Assembly: GCA_964522435.1 (NCBI GenBank)
Contig: CAZFUL010000006.1
Span: 9,573-73,572, forward strand
Direction of reading: 5' to 3'
Length of the DNA stretch: 64,000 nucleotides
Source: an uncultured Gammaproteobacteria bacterium
Lineage (GTDB): Bacteria > Patescibacteriota > Patescibacteriia > Magasanikbacterales > UBA922
Under the pieces are notes generated by a model. That model did no database searches. It was not told the DNA's origin and worked only from the letters and a program-made list of their open reading frames with translations. Each line of letters starts with the position of its first letter. The stretch's first letter is position 1. Of the stretch, positions 9,876 through 19,728 are shown one piece after another. Position numbers and translations under genes: made by a program.

Positions 9876-10177
9876 TTTGACCTCCTAGGTCATGCGCCCG
9901 GGACACGGACGCGGTGTGAATGCGCTGTGCCCCGGGCCATGGGGTTGCGCGGTTGTGCTCTCTAGAAATGAAATTGGCCAAGCTAAGGGCAACACTACCC
10001 TTATGTTAGCCAATTCCATTCCATATATATATTCTCAAGCAAATTGTAATGAACCGTTTGTTCGCCATAGCCTTTATAGGGCAGTGGCGGTAGCAAGGCT
10101 ATTACCTTACTATTGCCTGAGAAGAGACTCCTTCTCAAGCAACAATAGGCAATAGAGGGATTTTTAGATAACGAGAG

Positions 10178-10206
10178 AGTATAGCATAAAAAAGAGCTTT
10201 TGTCAA
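10178..10206 (-). promoter_or_regulatory. Near-consensus sigma70 promoter reading into the high-GC islet
   Basis: TTGACA-17-TATACT with extended -10 TG. Confidence 0.75.
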
Positions 10207-10215
10207 TATAACGAC

Positions 10216-10244
10216 AAAAAAAGTGGCAACTGAGCCACTTTTTT
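10216..10244 (-). terminator. Intrinsic terminator of the giant gene
   Basis: AAAAAAAGTGGC-AACTGA-GCCACTTTTT. Confidence 0.8.
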
Positions 10245-10268
10245 AGATAATACTCCCCTTTTATACTA

Positions 10269-13200
10269 TTACGCCGCATTCCTTACCACAGTCGTATCAG
10301 TCCCCTGTTTTGGTACCATCACTGGGTCAACCAGCTCTTGTTTTATTAATAAATCTAGCGGATAGAGCTCATACTCATTCCCAGCGTCCACCTGAAAGAC
10401 TGCTTGACGCACCCCATTAACTCGAGACCAAATAATCTCACCGGTTGTTGGTGTTCCCAAAAGGTCCATTTGTAATTTGCCCCCAGCCATTTGTGCTACT
10501 AATCTATCTGGGAGATCAAAGGCAATACTCTTCTTCGCTACCGCATCCCAAGAACGCAACGTAACCGCATCCCCTTTTCGTTCTAATACTATTGGAGTCT
10601 GTGCACTTGCTTGCGGAGCAAACTCAACAACGTTATTTTGATTTTGAGGAGCAGCTTCAGTTGGGGGTACGGCTGGTTTAGTCTCAACAGGAGCAACAGG
10701 TTGCTCTGTCTGTTGTTCTCCTATTACTGGTGGAACAGTTGCTTGAACAGGTTCGGGTAATTCCACAGGAGAGGCATATTGATCGTTTGTTACATCTGCT
10801 ACTCGATAATATTCATAACTCTTCGTCCCATTTGCTGCTTGTCCAGCATCCACACGGAAAAATGGTACTGTTTCTTTAACTGTTGGATCATAGCGAAATT
10901 GCACATCAACCGCAGTTGGTGTTTCAGCAATGGGCACAATTAATTTATTATCTTGCAGTTTTGATTCCCACGCAGCGGGTAACGTTATTGGTTGGGCTTG
11001 CCGTTGCGTTTCATTCCATACAGAAATTTGCTGCTTGCCTGATTCTACTGCGGGCAATACCACAATCGGTTTATCGGCTGTTGGGAGGAGTGATACATCA
11101 CTGCGATCAACCATCATGGGTTTACTCATAATCTCTGCCACCTTATCTTTCCATGCTCGGATCAAATCCTTCTTTTCTTCTGGATCAGTTATATCGGCGG
11201 TTGGATATTTCTTTACATAGTCTTTTGCAAATTCATCAAATGCTTTTTGACCATCTGCTCCCCGTTCTTGAAACAATGCGCGGGTTCTCATCTCGCGTAA
11301 TAGCGCTTTATCGGTGGTAATTTGTGTCACTTTGTTTTCAAATAGTTGTTTCTCTCGTAGTTGTTGTTCTTGTTTAAGATCAACAGCATCTGTTTTGGGT
11401 ATATTTCCGCCTCGCAACGCTTCCATATCCGTTTTCAACACCTTTCCATCATCAGTACGAATATACACCACTTGCTTGCCTTGTTCCGGGCGAATCCAAT
11501 ATTCTGCACGTTTGCCATTACTATTGGTCATGCCGCTGCGGTTGGTGGAATCTAATTTGTCTGGCAAGGTTGCGGCTACCACTTTTTGTGCATCTGCTTT
11601 TGATACCAGCGCATCCATTCCTTTATTTTTCTCGCCTTGCAATTCTGCCAAGGTTGTTTTCATCACCGTACCGGTATTGGTTTTAATATACACGGCAGCA
11701 TCTGGTTGTTTGCCAGTGACCCAATATTCATAGGCACCTTGTTTGCCTACGGCAATGCCCGTTCTGTTGCCACGAGTAAATTGTTCTGGCAACGCAGGTT
11801 TGGTAATGCGTCCTTCATCATCCAATTCTGCCTTAAGAATTTCTGATTTTGGTGCAAATCGCTGTTGTTCGTTAACTATTTCAAGCCGTTGTCTAGGCAT
11901 ATCAGTCAACGATGCTTCACGATTTAAATCAGATAACAATGCTTTTGCTTTTGCCCCTTCAAACTGATACACGCTTGCCTTTCCTTGTGCATCAACATGT
12001 TTCACAAATAAAAAGCTCTTCCCATCGATCGTTTTTATATACACTTCATTGGCTCTCTCTGTTGAACCAAATAACGCACTTCGTTCTAAGGCAAAGCCAT
12101 TAATACGTACTGCTTTGGGAGGGAGGCTGTCAATCTTAACAATACCATGTTTTTCTCCCAACGCGCCTAAACTATGTTTAGCTGTTTCTGCTGGAAGTAC
12201 TTTTTCTGGAAAAGATTTGGCACCATGCTCTTTAATAAACTCTTTGTCTGCGGTAATACCAATCGTCCCATCATCTTTGATAAATGGTTTAAATTCAATT
12301 TGTTTTCCATTTACTTCAAACAATGGTGTTTTGGTATAGGTGCGGCTGTTCATGTCCCACCCAGCATCTTTTGCTAATTCAACACGCCAACGATGCAATA
12401 CTTGATTATCATTCAAGGTAGTATATTCTGGATGCGCTATTCGTTCTTTTTCTATAATCAACGCTTTCATGGTAGCATCTTGTTGTAATGTATTTGCCAC
12501 ATGCAACACATTTTTACCACGCGCATCTTCACCCGCCAACGTAAATTTGTTTAAGTTTTTTTGCAGGTCACCTACCCCGACAGGTCGTTCGGCTGTTTCC
12601 ATACGCGATTGTACTGGTCTTACGACTTCACGATCTTGTGCTCCTGCATAACGCCCATCAGCACTGTCTTGCACGTGTTCTGGTTGTTCCGCAGTAACAT
12701 CTTCCAGTTTCATTCCTGTCATCTTGTTTATTTCATGATCCAAATGATGCGGACCATCCATCGTGGGTAAGGCATATCGTACACCGTCCACGCCAAGCCC
12801 CAACGCCGCAGTAAAAATACCAGCAGGCAATCCTGCTTTAAGTGCTTCGAGAATCCGCGTTTGTTGAGATTGTGTTGGTGAGCCTTTTTCTAAAGTGGTC
12901 AATTTTGCATTGAGTGCTTTTAATGTTGCTTCGTTTATCTTGCCATTAGCGAGTGCACGCTCCAACTTAAGAATGGCATCCTGTTTCGCTTGTTCAGCAA
13001 ATTCTCCTTTTTTATAATAACTTTCTACACTACGACGCAATGTTCCGCTGGTTAAGCGTGCTGCGGTTTTGGCAAGGATATGTCCACTACTCATGGCAAG
13101 TGTTCCCCCAACCAGTGCACCACCAACAAAAGTAAAGATATCGCCAACAAATCGTTTATTGCCTTTCGCATTCAAAAATAAATCACCGCTAAATAAATTC

Positions 13201-16200
13201 GCAATACCACGTGCAGCAACACGAGATAGTTCTATCTTGTTTGATTTTGCATTCGTATCGTAGGCTTGTGGATATAATTCTGCATTGCGTCTGCCAACAT
13301 TCGCGACTAATTTTTCCAAGCGATATTCTGTTTGTCGCTCAATATTATTTTTTCCTTTTTCATTTGCCATGAGCGTATTCAAACTTGCCTCATGCACGGT
13401 TTTACTCGTAAATTGTAGATTCGTTTTACTGTTAAATCCTTCGAGCATCGTCTGCATAGCAGCAGCAAAACGTTCCTGACCAAACGTTCCTTCTGTTTGT
13501 GCAAATACGGCTCGTTGTCGTGCGTCTGCCTCTTGTACTACGTCAGCCCGTGCGCTTTGTTTTTTATCTAGTTGTCCTCGCTTTAATACGCGACGAACTA
13601 ACGAGGTTGTTCCAAATGCCAAACCACCCACAAGAGCCGCTGGTGCGGCAACCGTTGTGGCTAAACCAGCAACTGACAATCCTGCTCCGGCTGATCCGAG
13701 CAATACCCCGAGGTGTTTTTTGGTTCCGCGTACTAATCTATCCGCAAAACCAAAATTTGCTTGATCCATGAGTTCTTGTTGTTGATCGTAACTTCCCAAC
13801 GCACTATCACGAGCAATTTGTCTACTCAAGGCATCGTTGGCCATTGTTTGCATGACCTCTTGCATCATAAAGCAAAGCTGACTCTGCCATGTTTGCAAAA
13901 ATTGATCAAACGATGTGAAACCAGCTTTTTTAACACGCAATTCTAACAAGGCTTTCTTTGCCCCATCAATACCATCAAAAATATTTTTAAAGGCTGCTTC
14001 TACTTGGCGAGGATCTGGATTCTCTATCAACGACCGATATAGATCATTAAGCATGGTTGCACTAAACAGCTCTTTTAATTCCTCCATGCCACTCTTTTTT
14101 CGTTCAATAGTATAGATCTTTTGATCAACATTCTGGCGCCAAACAGATTCAAGAATACGTTGCTCTTGATTACTTTCTAGATGCTGTAACACAATTTCTT
14201 TTTGTCCGTTCTGTTCTTGTATAGCAACAACGACAAACGACGCGGTCGTACCATCTTGGCTTTTAAAAGTTACCACCTCACCCACTTTTGCGGGCTTGCC
14301 TTCGACCATAAATATCTCTGCGTTTCTTTTTTGTTCTTTTGCCGCGTCAACCGCAGCGTCCACCATGCCATGTAATTCGAGGGTTGCGCCATCGGCAACT
14401 TGCTTGCCCATAAAGGCTTGTAGTGTTGCTTCATCCCAAACAACCTCTGTCCCTTTATTGGATTTAAGGAGTAACTCTCCGTTTTCAGATAGTCCTTGTA
14501 CGGTTAATAGCAATACTTTTTTATCTTTACTTGTCCACTTAAGGGTAGCCCCAATCTCAAACGTTCGCCCAATAAATTCAATTGGCGTGGTTTTTTCTGG
14601 AGTTAACACAAAGTCTTGCCAGGTACTTGCGTCAAAGGTAAGCAATGCACCACCCATATCCAGTGCTTTTACTCGTAGCTGTGTACCATCGTCGTTTATA
14701 CCCACAATTTCATAGCGTTTTTTTGTATTCCCTGCTTTTTGTGCGTGATAAATATCTCCCACAAACAAGCGACGACCAGCAAAGGCAATGCCTTTAGGTG
14801 CTTCTTTCTTTGCCGTTGGTGTTTCTTTTTCTCCAACGAGCTCACCACTATCAAAGGCTGCTTTCCACGTATCTCTAGTAAAACGTTCTTCTATATCTGT
14901 TCCAAGCCGTTGCACCACAATTTCAGATCCTGTAGCTGTAGGAATAACACCCAAAACTTCTACCAAATACCCCGGATCTGGACTAACCATTCGTTTCCAT
15001 TTACTCTTTTTTGTCGGAGCACGTTCAAATGTTCCTAAAGCAATAGGATCATCCACTGGACGCACTTTTTCTTTTGCGGCTTGGGGTTCACCCATCAATT
15101 CAATTAATTTGGGTGTTGCCAAAACAGCCGCATCCCATTCTGCTTTGGTAAAATATACTTTTTCTGTTTTTCCTGATTGTTTTACGGCAATTTTGCCACT
15201 GTCTGGGTCAATTCCTAAAATTTCAATCGTATGTGGATTGGTTGGATCAATGAGGTTTTTCCATTTGCTGCCTTTTTTAGGTTGCTCTGCAAACGCAGCA
15301 AGCGCAACTTCATCATCGACAATGCGGGGTTCTGTGACAGGTTTTTTCTCATCTTTTACATAGATATCTCCATCGGCTATTGCTTTATCCCAATCCAATA
15401 GCGTCATTTCTTCCATTACACGTGTTCCAACTTTTTGAAACACAATACTCCCGTTTTCAGGATTAATACCCAATATTTCTATGGTATGTGCAGTACCATC
15501 TGATTTAATTCTTCCCCACTTACTATCTTTTGTTGGTTCTCCATCAAAATCTTCTAACGCGGTTTCATCATTTACAAAACGAATCTTTTCAGGTGCTGGC
15601 GCTTTATCTTTGTTGTCTTTTACAGAAATTGTTCCACTTGCCACTCCTGCATCCCAATCAGCAAGATCCATATATTCTTCATCTTGTTGTTTACCCAATC
15701 GATGAAACACTAATTGATTCGTATCTGGACGAATGCCTTTTATCACAATCGTATATCCTTGTTGTCCTGTTTTTTTGATTGTCCACTGTGCATCTTTTTT
15801 TGGTTCGCCAGCAAATTCTGCGAGTGTTGCTTCATCATTAATAACAATAACTCGTTCTTCTTTTGGAGGAGGAGTCTCTTTTTCGCCTTTGCGAGAAATT
15901 GTTTTTTCCACTACCACGCCATGATTCCAATCAGCTAAATCAATATACTCTTCATCTTCCGGTTTGCCAAAGCGATGCACAACAAGCTGCTCTGTATCAG
16001 GTCGAATTCCTTTTATAACAATCGTATAGGCTCGTTGACCATTTCGACGCACAGTCCACTGAGAATCTTTTCTTGGTTCTTCAGCAAACTCTTTCAGTGC
16101 GGCTTCGTCGTTAACCACTAAAATTTTCTCTTCTTTTGGAGGCGCTTGTTCTTTTTTGATTTCAATAAGACTACGATCGGCAAGTGCATCATGCCATTCT

Positions 16201-17375
16201 TGTTCAGTAAAAAATTCTTGATCACTCGTGTCTTGTCTTTGCAGTGCTAAACGTCCATAAGAAGTTACCCCTTTTACAATAAGTGTATGTGGTACCTTTT
16301 GACCAGTTTTTTTTCTTGTCCAACGACTATCAATATGAGGTGAACCGTCAAACGCTTCAAGCGATGCACGATCTTTGGTAATCGTCTCTGGTTGTGGTGG
16401 TTCTTTATCACTAATCAATTCTGCTAAAATATCCTCATTCCAATCTTGTTGTGTATAGAACACCTTATCACGACTTTGTTTTTTTATAGCAACAAGCCGT
16501 CCATCTTGAACACCTTTAATAACAAAAGGAAATTGTTTTTTACCATCATGAAACCAAAACGTGCTTCCTGCACGCGGATCCTGCATAAAACCCGCAAATG
16601 CTTCCTCTTCTGTTTGTAAGCCACGAGATTCTGGCGCTGCGGTTGTATCTGGTATATCTTCTATTCTGGCATGAAAATTATGTAACTCTTGTAGTGTGTA
16701 GGGTTGCGTATCCCCCTCGACAAATACACGTCCATCTTTTATTTTTTCCACAATAACAATTCCCCTAAACAAATTACCATCAGCCCCTTCTTGATCAAGC
16801 TCAATATGCATACCTGCACGGAGCTGTTTCTTTTGAAAATAAATGCTATTTTTTCGTATTTCCCAATCAGTCCCTGAAGCTTGAGATTCTGGCGAAGCAA
16901 CGGCACTAAGATTCGTTGTTGGTGGAGGAACAGACTCGTTATCTAACCCTTTACTTGCAAGAAAATCAGTTACCTGAATAAGCGGCACGTTTCTCGTTGC
17001 CGCTTGAAAACTTCGAGATAAGGCCGGAATGTCTACCTTTTTTCCCGGAGGTAATTCATCTAACACAACTAATTCAGCAACAATTTTTGCTTTTTCATTA
17101 CGAAGTCTCACTAATTGTTCGACAAATGGTCGTAATGCTGTTTGTGTGCTTTTTTGCATCAATGTTTTAATCGCTGCATCAATAGCCCTTAACCGTTGAT
17201 CAACTTGTTGTGCAATTTTTTTATTTTCGGCTTTCATTTCTTCAATCACCTGCCTCACCTCTTCTCGATATTCACCGACAGTTTGCAACGCAGCCTCTTT
17301 ATCAGCATGCAGTTCATGCAATGTTTCTACTTTCTTTTGTAAGTCTTCTAATTGTTGTTTATGTTGTCCAGGCAT
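10269..17375 (-). CDS. Giant 2368-aa protein with about 11 tandem beta-barrel-like repeats and Gly/Ala-rich hydrophobic helices
   Basis: Long open frame; internal repeats visible in the translation. Confidence 0.85.
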   Translation of the reverse strand: MPGQHKQQLEDLQKKVETLHELHADKEAALQTVGEYREEVRQVIEEMKAENKKIAQQVDQRLRAIDAAIKTLMQKSTQTALRPFVEQLVRLRNEKAKIVAELVVLDELPPGKKVDIPALSRSFQAATRNVPLIQVTDFLASKGLDNESVPPPTTNLSAVASPESQASGTDWEIRKNSIYFQKKQLRAGMHIELDQEGADGNLFRGIVIVEKIKDGRVFVEGDTQPYTLQELHNFHARIEDIPDTTAAPESRGLQTEEEAFAGFMQDPRAGSTFWFHDGKKQFPFVIKGVQDGRLVAIKKQSRDKVFYTQQDWNEDILAELISDKEPPQPETITKDRASLEAFDGSPHIDSRWTRKKTGQKVPHTLIVKGVTSYGRLALQRQDTSDQEFFTEQEWHDALADRSLIEIKKEQAPPKEEKILVVNDEAALKEFAEEPRKDSQWTVRRNGQRAYTIVIKGIRPDTEQLVVHRFGKPEDEEYIDLADWNHGVVVEKTISRKGEKETPPPKEERVIVINDEATLAEFAGEPKKDAQWTIKKTGQQGYTIVIKGIRPDTNQLVFHRLGKQQDEEYMDLADWDAGVASGTISVKDNKDKAPAPEKIRFVNDETALEDFDGEPTKDSKWGRIKSDGTAHTIEILGINPENGSIVFQKVGTRVMEEMTLLDWDKAIADGDIYVKDEKKPVTEPRIVDDEVALAAFAEQPKKGSKWKNLIDPTNPHTIEILGIDPDSGKIAVKQSGKTEKVYFTKAEWDAAVLATPKLIELMGEPQAAKEKVRPVDDPIALGTFERAPTKKSKWKRMVSPDPGYLVEVLGVIPTATGSEIVVQRLGTDIEERFTRDTWKAAFDSGELVGEKETPTAKKEAPKGIAFAGRRLFVGDIYHAQKAGNTKKRYEIVGINDDGTQLRVKALDMGGALLTFDASTWQDFVLTPEKTTPIEFIGRTFEIGATLKWTSKDKKVLLLTVQGLSENGELLLKSNKGTEVVWDEATLQAFMGKQVADGATLELHGMVDAAVDAAKEQKRNAEIFMVEGKPAKVGEVVTFKSQDGTTASFVVVAIQEQNGQKEIVLQHLESNQEQRILESVWRQNVDQKIYTIERKKSGMEELKELFSATMLNDLYRSLIENPDPRQVEAAFKNIFDGIDGAKKALLELRVKKAGFTSFDQFLQTWQSQLCFMMQEVMQTMANDALSRQIARDSALGSYDQQQELMDQANFGFADRLVRGTKKHLGVLLGSAGAGLSVAGLATTVAAPAALVGGLAFGTTSLVRRVLKRGQLDKKQSARADVVQEADARQRAVFAQTEGTFGQERFAAAMQTMLEGFNSKTNLQFTSKTVHEASLNTLMANEKGKNNIERQTEYRLEKLVANVGRRNAELYPQAYDTNAKSNKIELSRVAARGIANLFSGDLFLNAKGNKRFVGDIFTFVGGALVGGTLAMSSGHILAKTAARLTSGTLRRSVESYYKKGEFAEQAKQDAILKLERALANGKINEATLKALNAKLTTLEKGSPTQSQQTRILEALKAGLPAGIFTAALGLGVDGVRYALPTMDGPHHLDHEINKMTGMKLEDVTAEQPEHVQDSADGRYAGAQDREVVRPVQSRMETAERPVGVGDLQKNLNKFTLAGEDARGKNVLHVANTLQQDATMKALIIEKERIAHPEYTTLNDNQVLHRWRVELAKDAGWDMNSRTYTKTPLFEVNGKQIEFKPFIKDDGTIGITADKEFIKEHGAKSFPEKVLPAETAKHSLGALGEKHGIVKIDSLPPKAVRINGFALERSALFGSTERANEVYIKTIDGKSFLFVKHVDAQGKASVYQFEGAKAKALLSDLNREASLTDMPRQRLEIVNEQQRFAPKSEILKAELDDEGRITKPALPEQFTRGNRTGIAVGKQGAYEYWVTGKQPDAAVYIKTNTGTVMKTTLAELQGEKNKGMDALVSKADAQKVVAATLPDKLDSTNRSGMTNSNGKRAEYWIRPEQGKQVVYIRTDDGKVLKTDMEALRGGNIPKTDAVDLKQEQQLREKQLFENKVTQITTDKALLREMRTRALFQERGADGQKAFDEFAKDYVKKYPTADITDPEEKKDLIRAWKDKVAEIMSKPMMVDRSDVSLLPTADKPIVVLPAVESGKQQISVWNETQRQAQPITLPAAWESKLQDNKLIVPIAETPTAVDVQFRYDPTVKETVPFFRVDAGQAANGTKSYEYYRVADVTNDQYASPVELPEPVQATVPPVIGEQQTEQPVAPVETKPAVPPTEAAPQNQNNVVEFAPQASAQTPIVLERKGDAVTLRSWDAVAKKSIAFDLPDRLVAQMAGGKLQMDLLGTPTTGEIIWSRVNGVRQAVFQVDAGNEYELYPLDLLIKQELVDPVMVPKQGTDTTVVRNAA

Positions 17376-17378
17376 ACG

Positions 17379-17591
17379 TTAATCATCTAATTTGAGAATA
17401 GTATCTAAGGTGTGATGAATGTCTTTTTTTTCTTCTTCTCGAATACTTCTTTCAACCTCGAGTTCTAACTGTTCTGCCTCACGCAAAATCGCAGCCATTT
17501 TTTCTTGGCGTTCTTTATACAGAGTCGTCACGTCATCAACATCATGGTGATCTCTGTTGGGTGTTAGGGATGCGACAGGCATTTGATTCAT
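17379..17591 (-). CDS. Small coiled-coil hypothetical protein
   Basis: Tight operon spacing with both neighbours. Confidence 0.7.
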   Translation of the reverse strand: MNQMPVASLTPNRDHHDVDDVTTLYKERQEKMAAILREAEQLELEVERSIREEEKKDIHHTLDTILKLDD

Positions 17592-17599
17592 AACAACAA

Positions 17600-17911
17600 T
17601 TACTGCATCGCCGCTTGAACGTCAGCGGCAAACTCTTGCAGGATACGTTCTACTTGCTCTTCATAATTTGGGACAGCGCTTTTCCAAAATGTTTGCCAAT
17701 CTTCTGCGGAACCATGCATGTCGCTGAGTAATCGAGAAAATTCTGCAAGTTGTTCTTGATCTAATTGGGGCATAAGCTCTAAGCCCATGCGTTGTTCCAA
17801 TTGCGCAGACAATTGCGGCACATAGGTTTGCTTTTGTGCGTCCGTTACATCAGATAAACCAACGAGGCTAAGCACTCGTTCAATATATTGTGATAAAAAA
17901 TCTTGTTGCAT
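17600..17911 (-). CDS. DUF5663-like helical protein
   Basis: QLEQRMGLELMPQL...PNYEEQVERILQEF pattern typical of CPR DUF5663. Confidence 0.7.
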   Translation of the reverse strand: MQQDFLSQYIERVLSLVGLSDVTDAQKQTYVPQLSAQLEQRMGLELMPQLDQEQLAEFSRLLSDMHGSAEDWQTFWKSAVPNYEEQVERILQEFAADVQAAMQ

Positions 17912-17940
17912 AAAAAATGGTTAAAAAATGCTGTGTCAAA

Positions 17941-18558
17941 CTAAACGAGTCCTCTCTTTTTTCTTAATACCAACACGCCCATACCAACAACCCCCACAAA
18001 AAAGCCAAGCAGGGTGTTAACAATAATATTTGGGCGAACAGGAAACTGCGTCACCACAGGATAATTGACCACTTTCATGGTAACGTCTGTTCCCACATAT
18101 TCTTTTCCTTGTTGTACCAACGCATCTACCGCAGCACTCGCAAAGGCTTGTGCTTGTTGTTGATTTTTATGATACGCACTTACATTTAATACGCCAGTAC
18201 CAAAAACAACAGAAGAGGAAATCGTTTTTTCCCAACGTTTGCGTTTAATGCGTTCTTCTATATTTTGAAAACGGGTGGTGTCTAATTGGTATCCTGGCTG
18301 ACTAATGACTTTTTGATAAAAATCATTCGTCTTCATAATTTGTGTTAAATTTTCTCCAATTCGTTCAGATGATTTTACTACCGTATAAGGATCAACGCCG
18401 TAGCGAGATTGTGAGCTAATAAATACTTGTGCGTCTGCTCTATATTCCAACGGAAGTAAGAGCGTCGCAAAAAAACACATCGCAGCAACAAGAATGCCAC
18501 TTAATACAATAACTTTGGATCGACGTCTAAGAATGGTTGCTGGTTGCTGATGAAACAT
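17941..18558 (-). CDS. Wzz/YveK-like chain-length determinant
   Basis: Two TMs; PLEYRADAQVFI and PVRPNII motifs. Confidence 0.75.
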   Translation of the reverse strand: MFHQQPATILRRRSKVIVLSGILVAAMCFFATLLLPLEYRADAQVFISSQSRYGVDPYTVVKSSERIGENLTQIMKTNDFYQKVISQPGYQLDTTRFQNIEERIKRKRWEKTISSSVVFGTGVLNVSAYHKNQQQAQAFASAAVDALVQQGKEYVGTDVTMKVVNYPVVTQFPVRPNIIVNTLLGFFVGVVGMGVLVLRKKRGLV

Positions 18559-18592
18559 ACATCAAATAAAGAAAAAATTAAGTAAAAAATAA

Positions 18593-19702
18593 TTATGGAT
18601 AGATCGTTACTTCTTTCGTTAACAACAAGGAAAGTTGTTCACCGTTGCGAATCACCGTTACCGGTACGTCACTCGGTAATAAACTCAAGACTTGCCCCAC
18701 ATCAATAGTGTCAATAAATTCATCTTGAATTTTTATAATCACATCGCCTTGTTCAATAACAGTCGTTGTTCTATTCAGCACTTGGGCAACATAAAATCCA
18801 TCGTGCTCGCCGCTTGCACGGTCAACCATAAACCCACGCAATGGCAAGTCCATATACGTTGGCACTCCTTTTGCAAATAAAGATACGAGCTGCCCTTGAA
18901 TATGCCATGCACCAACAAGGGTGGTATCGCGACCAATAAATCCAACAAAGGCACCTGAGGGAGTTACCACCACATCACCAATAGCTGCGTCGCCCAACAC
19001 CCGATATTCATTGGTTACGCTCCACATTCTATATTGTGTGTCCGATGGAATACGTGTGGTGACTTCTCCGCGAGCAAGGGGCGTAATATCTTTTCTTCCA
19101 ACATTTGCAAAAATCGTGTCTTCGCCAAGTTCTTTCCAATTGGGAAAAGTAATGTCTCCTCTAAAATCATCGCCAATTAATTTTACATACCATAATCCTG
19201 GCACCGTGACATCTTGTATCGCTGTTTCCGCGCTATAGCGTTTTCCTTCAAAATCCACAAATTCCCATTGCGTAAACGAAAGCGGCGTATCTGTTACCCG
19301 ATACACGGTTGCCCATCCCCCTGCACTGAGTATGACTGCTTGGCCAAGATAGGCATTTTCTCTATACCAGTTCTCTACCTGTTTTGTTTTGTCATACACG
19401 CGAAGTAAGCGCTGTTGTGTTTGTTGCAATACCAATGGATCGAGTGGTGCATCACTGTTCACCCCGCTATGGACGCCAACATTATAAATAGTGGTATGGG
19501 GTACCACTTGTTGTGGAATAACCCAACTGGTAATCACAATTGATCCCACACCACCAACAAAAAAAGAAACAACAACAATAAAGATAAACCAATATAAACG
19601 GACCCATTGTTGTTTTTGGATATCCGTTACGAGCCGAGATGGAAGATGTGGCGCATCTTTCTTTTTTTTCAGGTCTGTTTTATTCATAGAAGTCATAGTC
19701 AA
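18593..19702 (-). CDS. HtrA-like trypsin-fold/PDZ membrane protein (catalytic motifs degenerate)
   Basis: GQAVILSAGGWAT; GDVVVTPSGAFVGF; PDZ-like GDVIIKI...VTVIRNGE. Confidence 0.65.
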   Translation of the reverse strand: MTMTSMNKTDLKKKKDAPHLPSRLVTDIQKQQWVRLYWFIFIVVVSFFVGGVGSIVITSWVIPQQVVPHTTIYNVGVHSGVNSDAPLDPLVLQQTQQRLLRVYDKTKQVENWYRENAYLGQAVILSAGGWATVYRVTDTPLSFTQWEFVDFEGKRYSAETAIQDVTVPGLWYVKLIGDDFRGDITFPNWKELGEDTIFANVGRKDITPLARGEVTTRIPSDTQYRMWSVTNEYRVLGDAAIGDVVVTPSGAFVGFIGRDTTLVGAWHIQGQLVSLFAKGVPTYMDLPLRGFMVDRASGEHDGFYVAQVLNRTTTVIEQGDVIIKIQDEFIDTIDVGQVLSLLPSDVPVTVIRNGEQLSLLLTKEVTIYP

Positions 19703-19728
19703 AGTATAGCATTATTTTTACATCCCAC

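Larger units (their letters stand above)
5070..9960. other. High-GC islet of three minus-strand genes
   Basis: Abrupt GC rise to about 65-70%; no integrase or transposase nearby. Confidence 0.85.
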
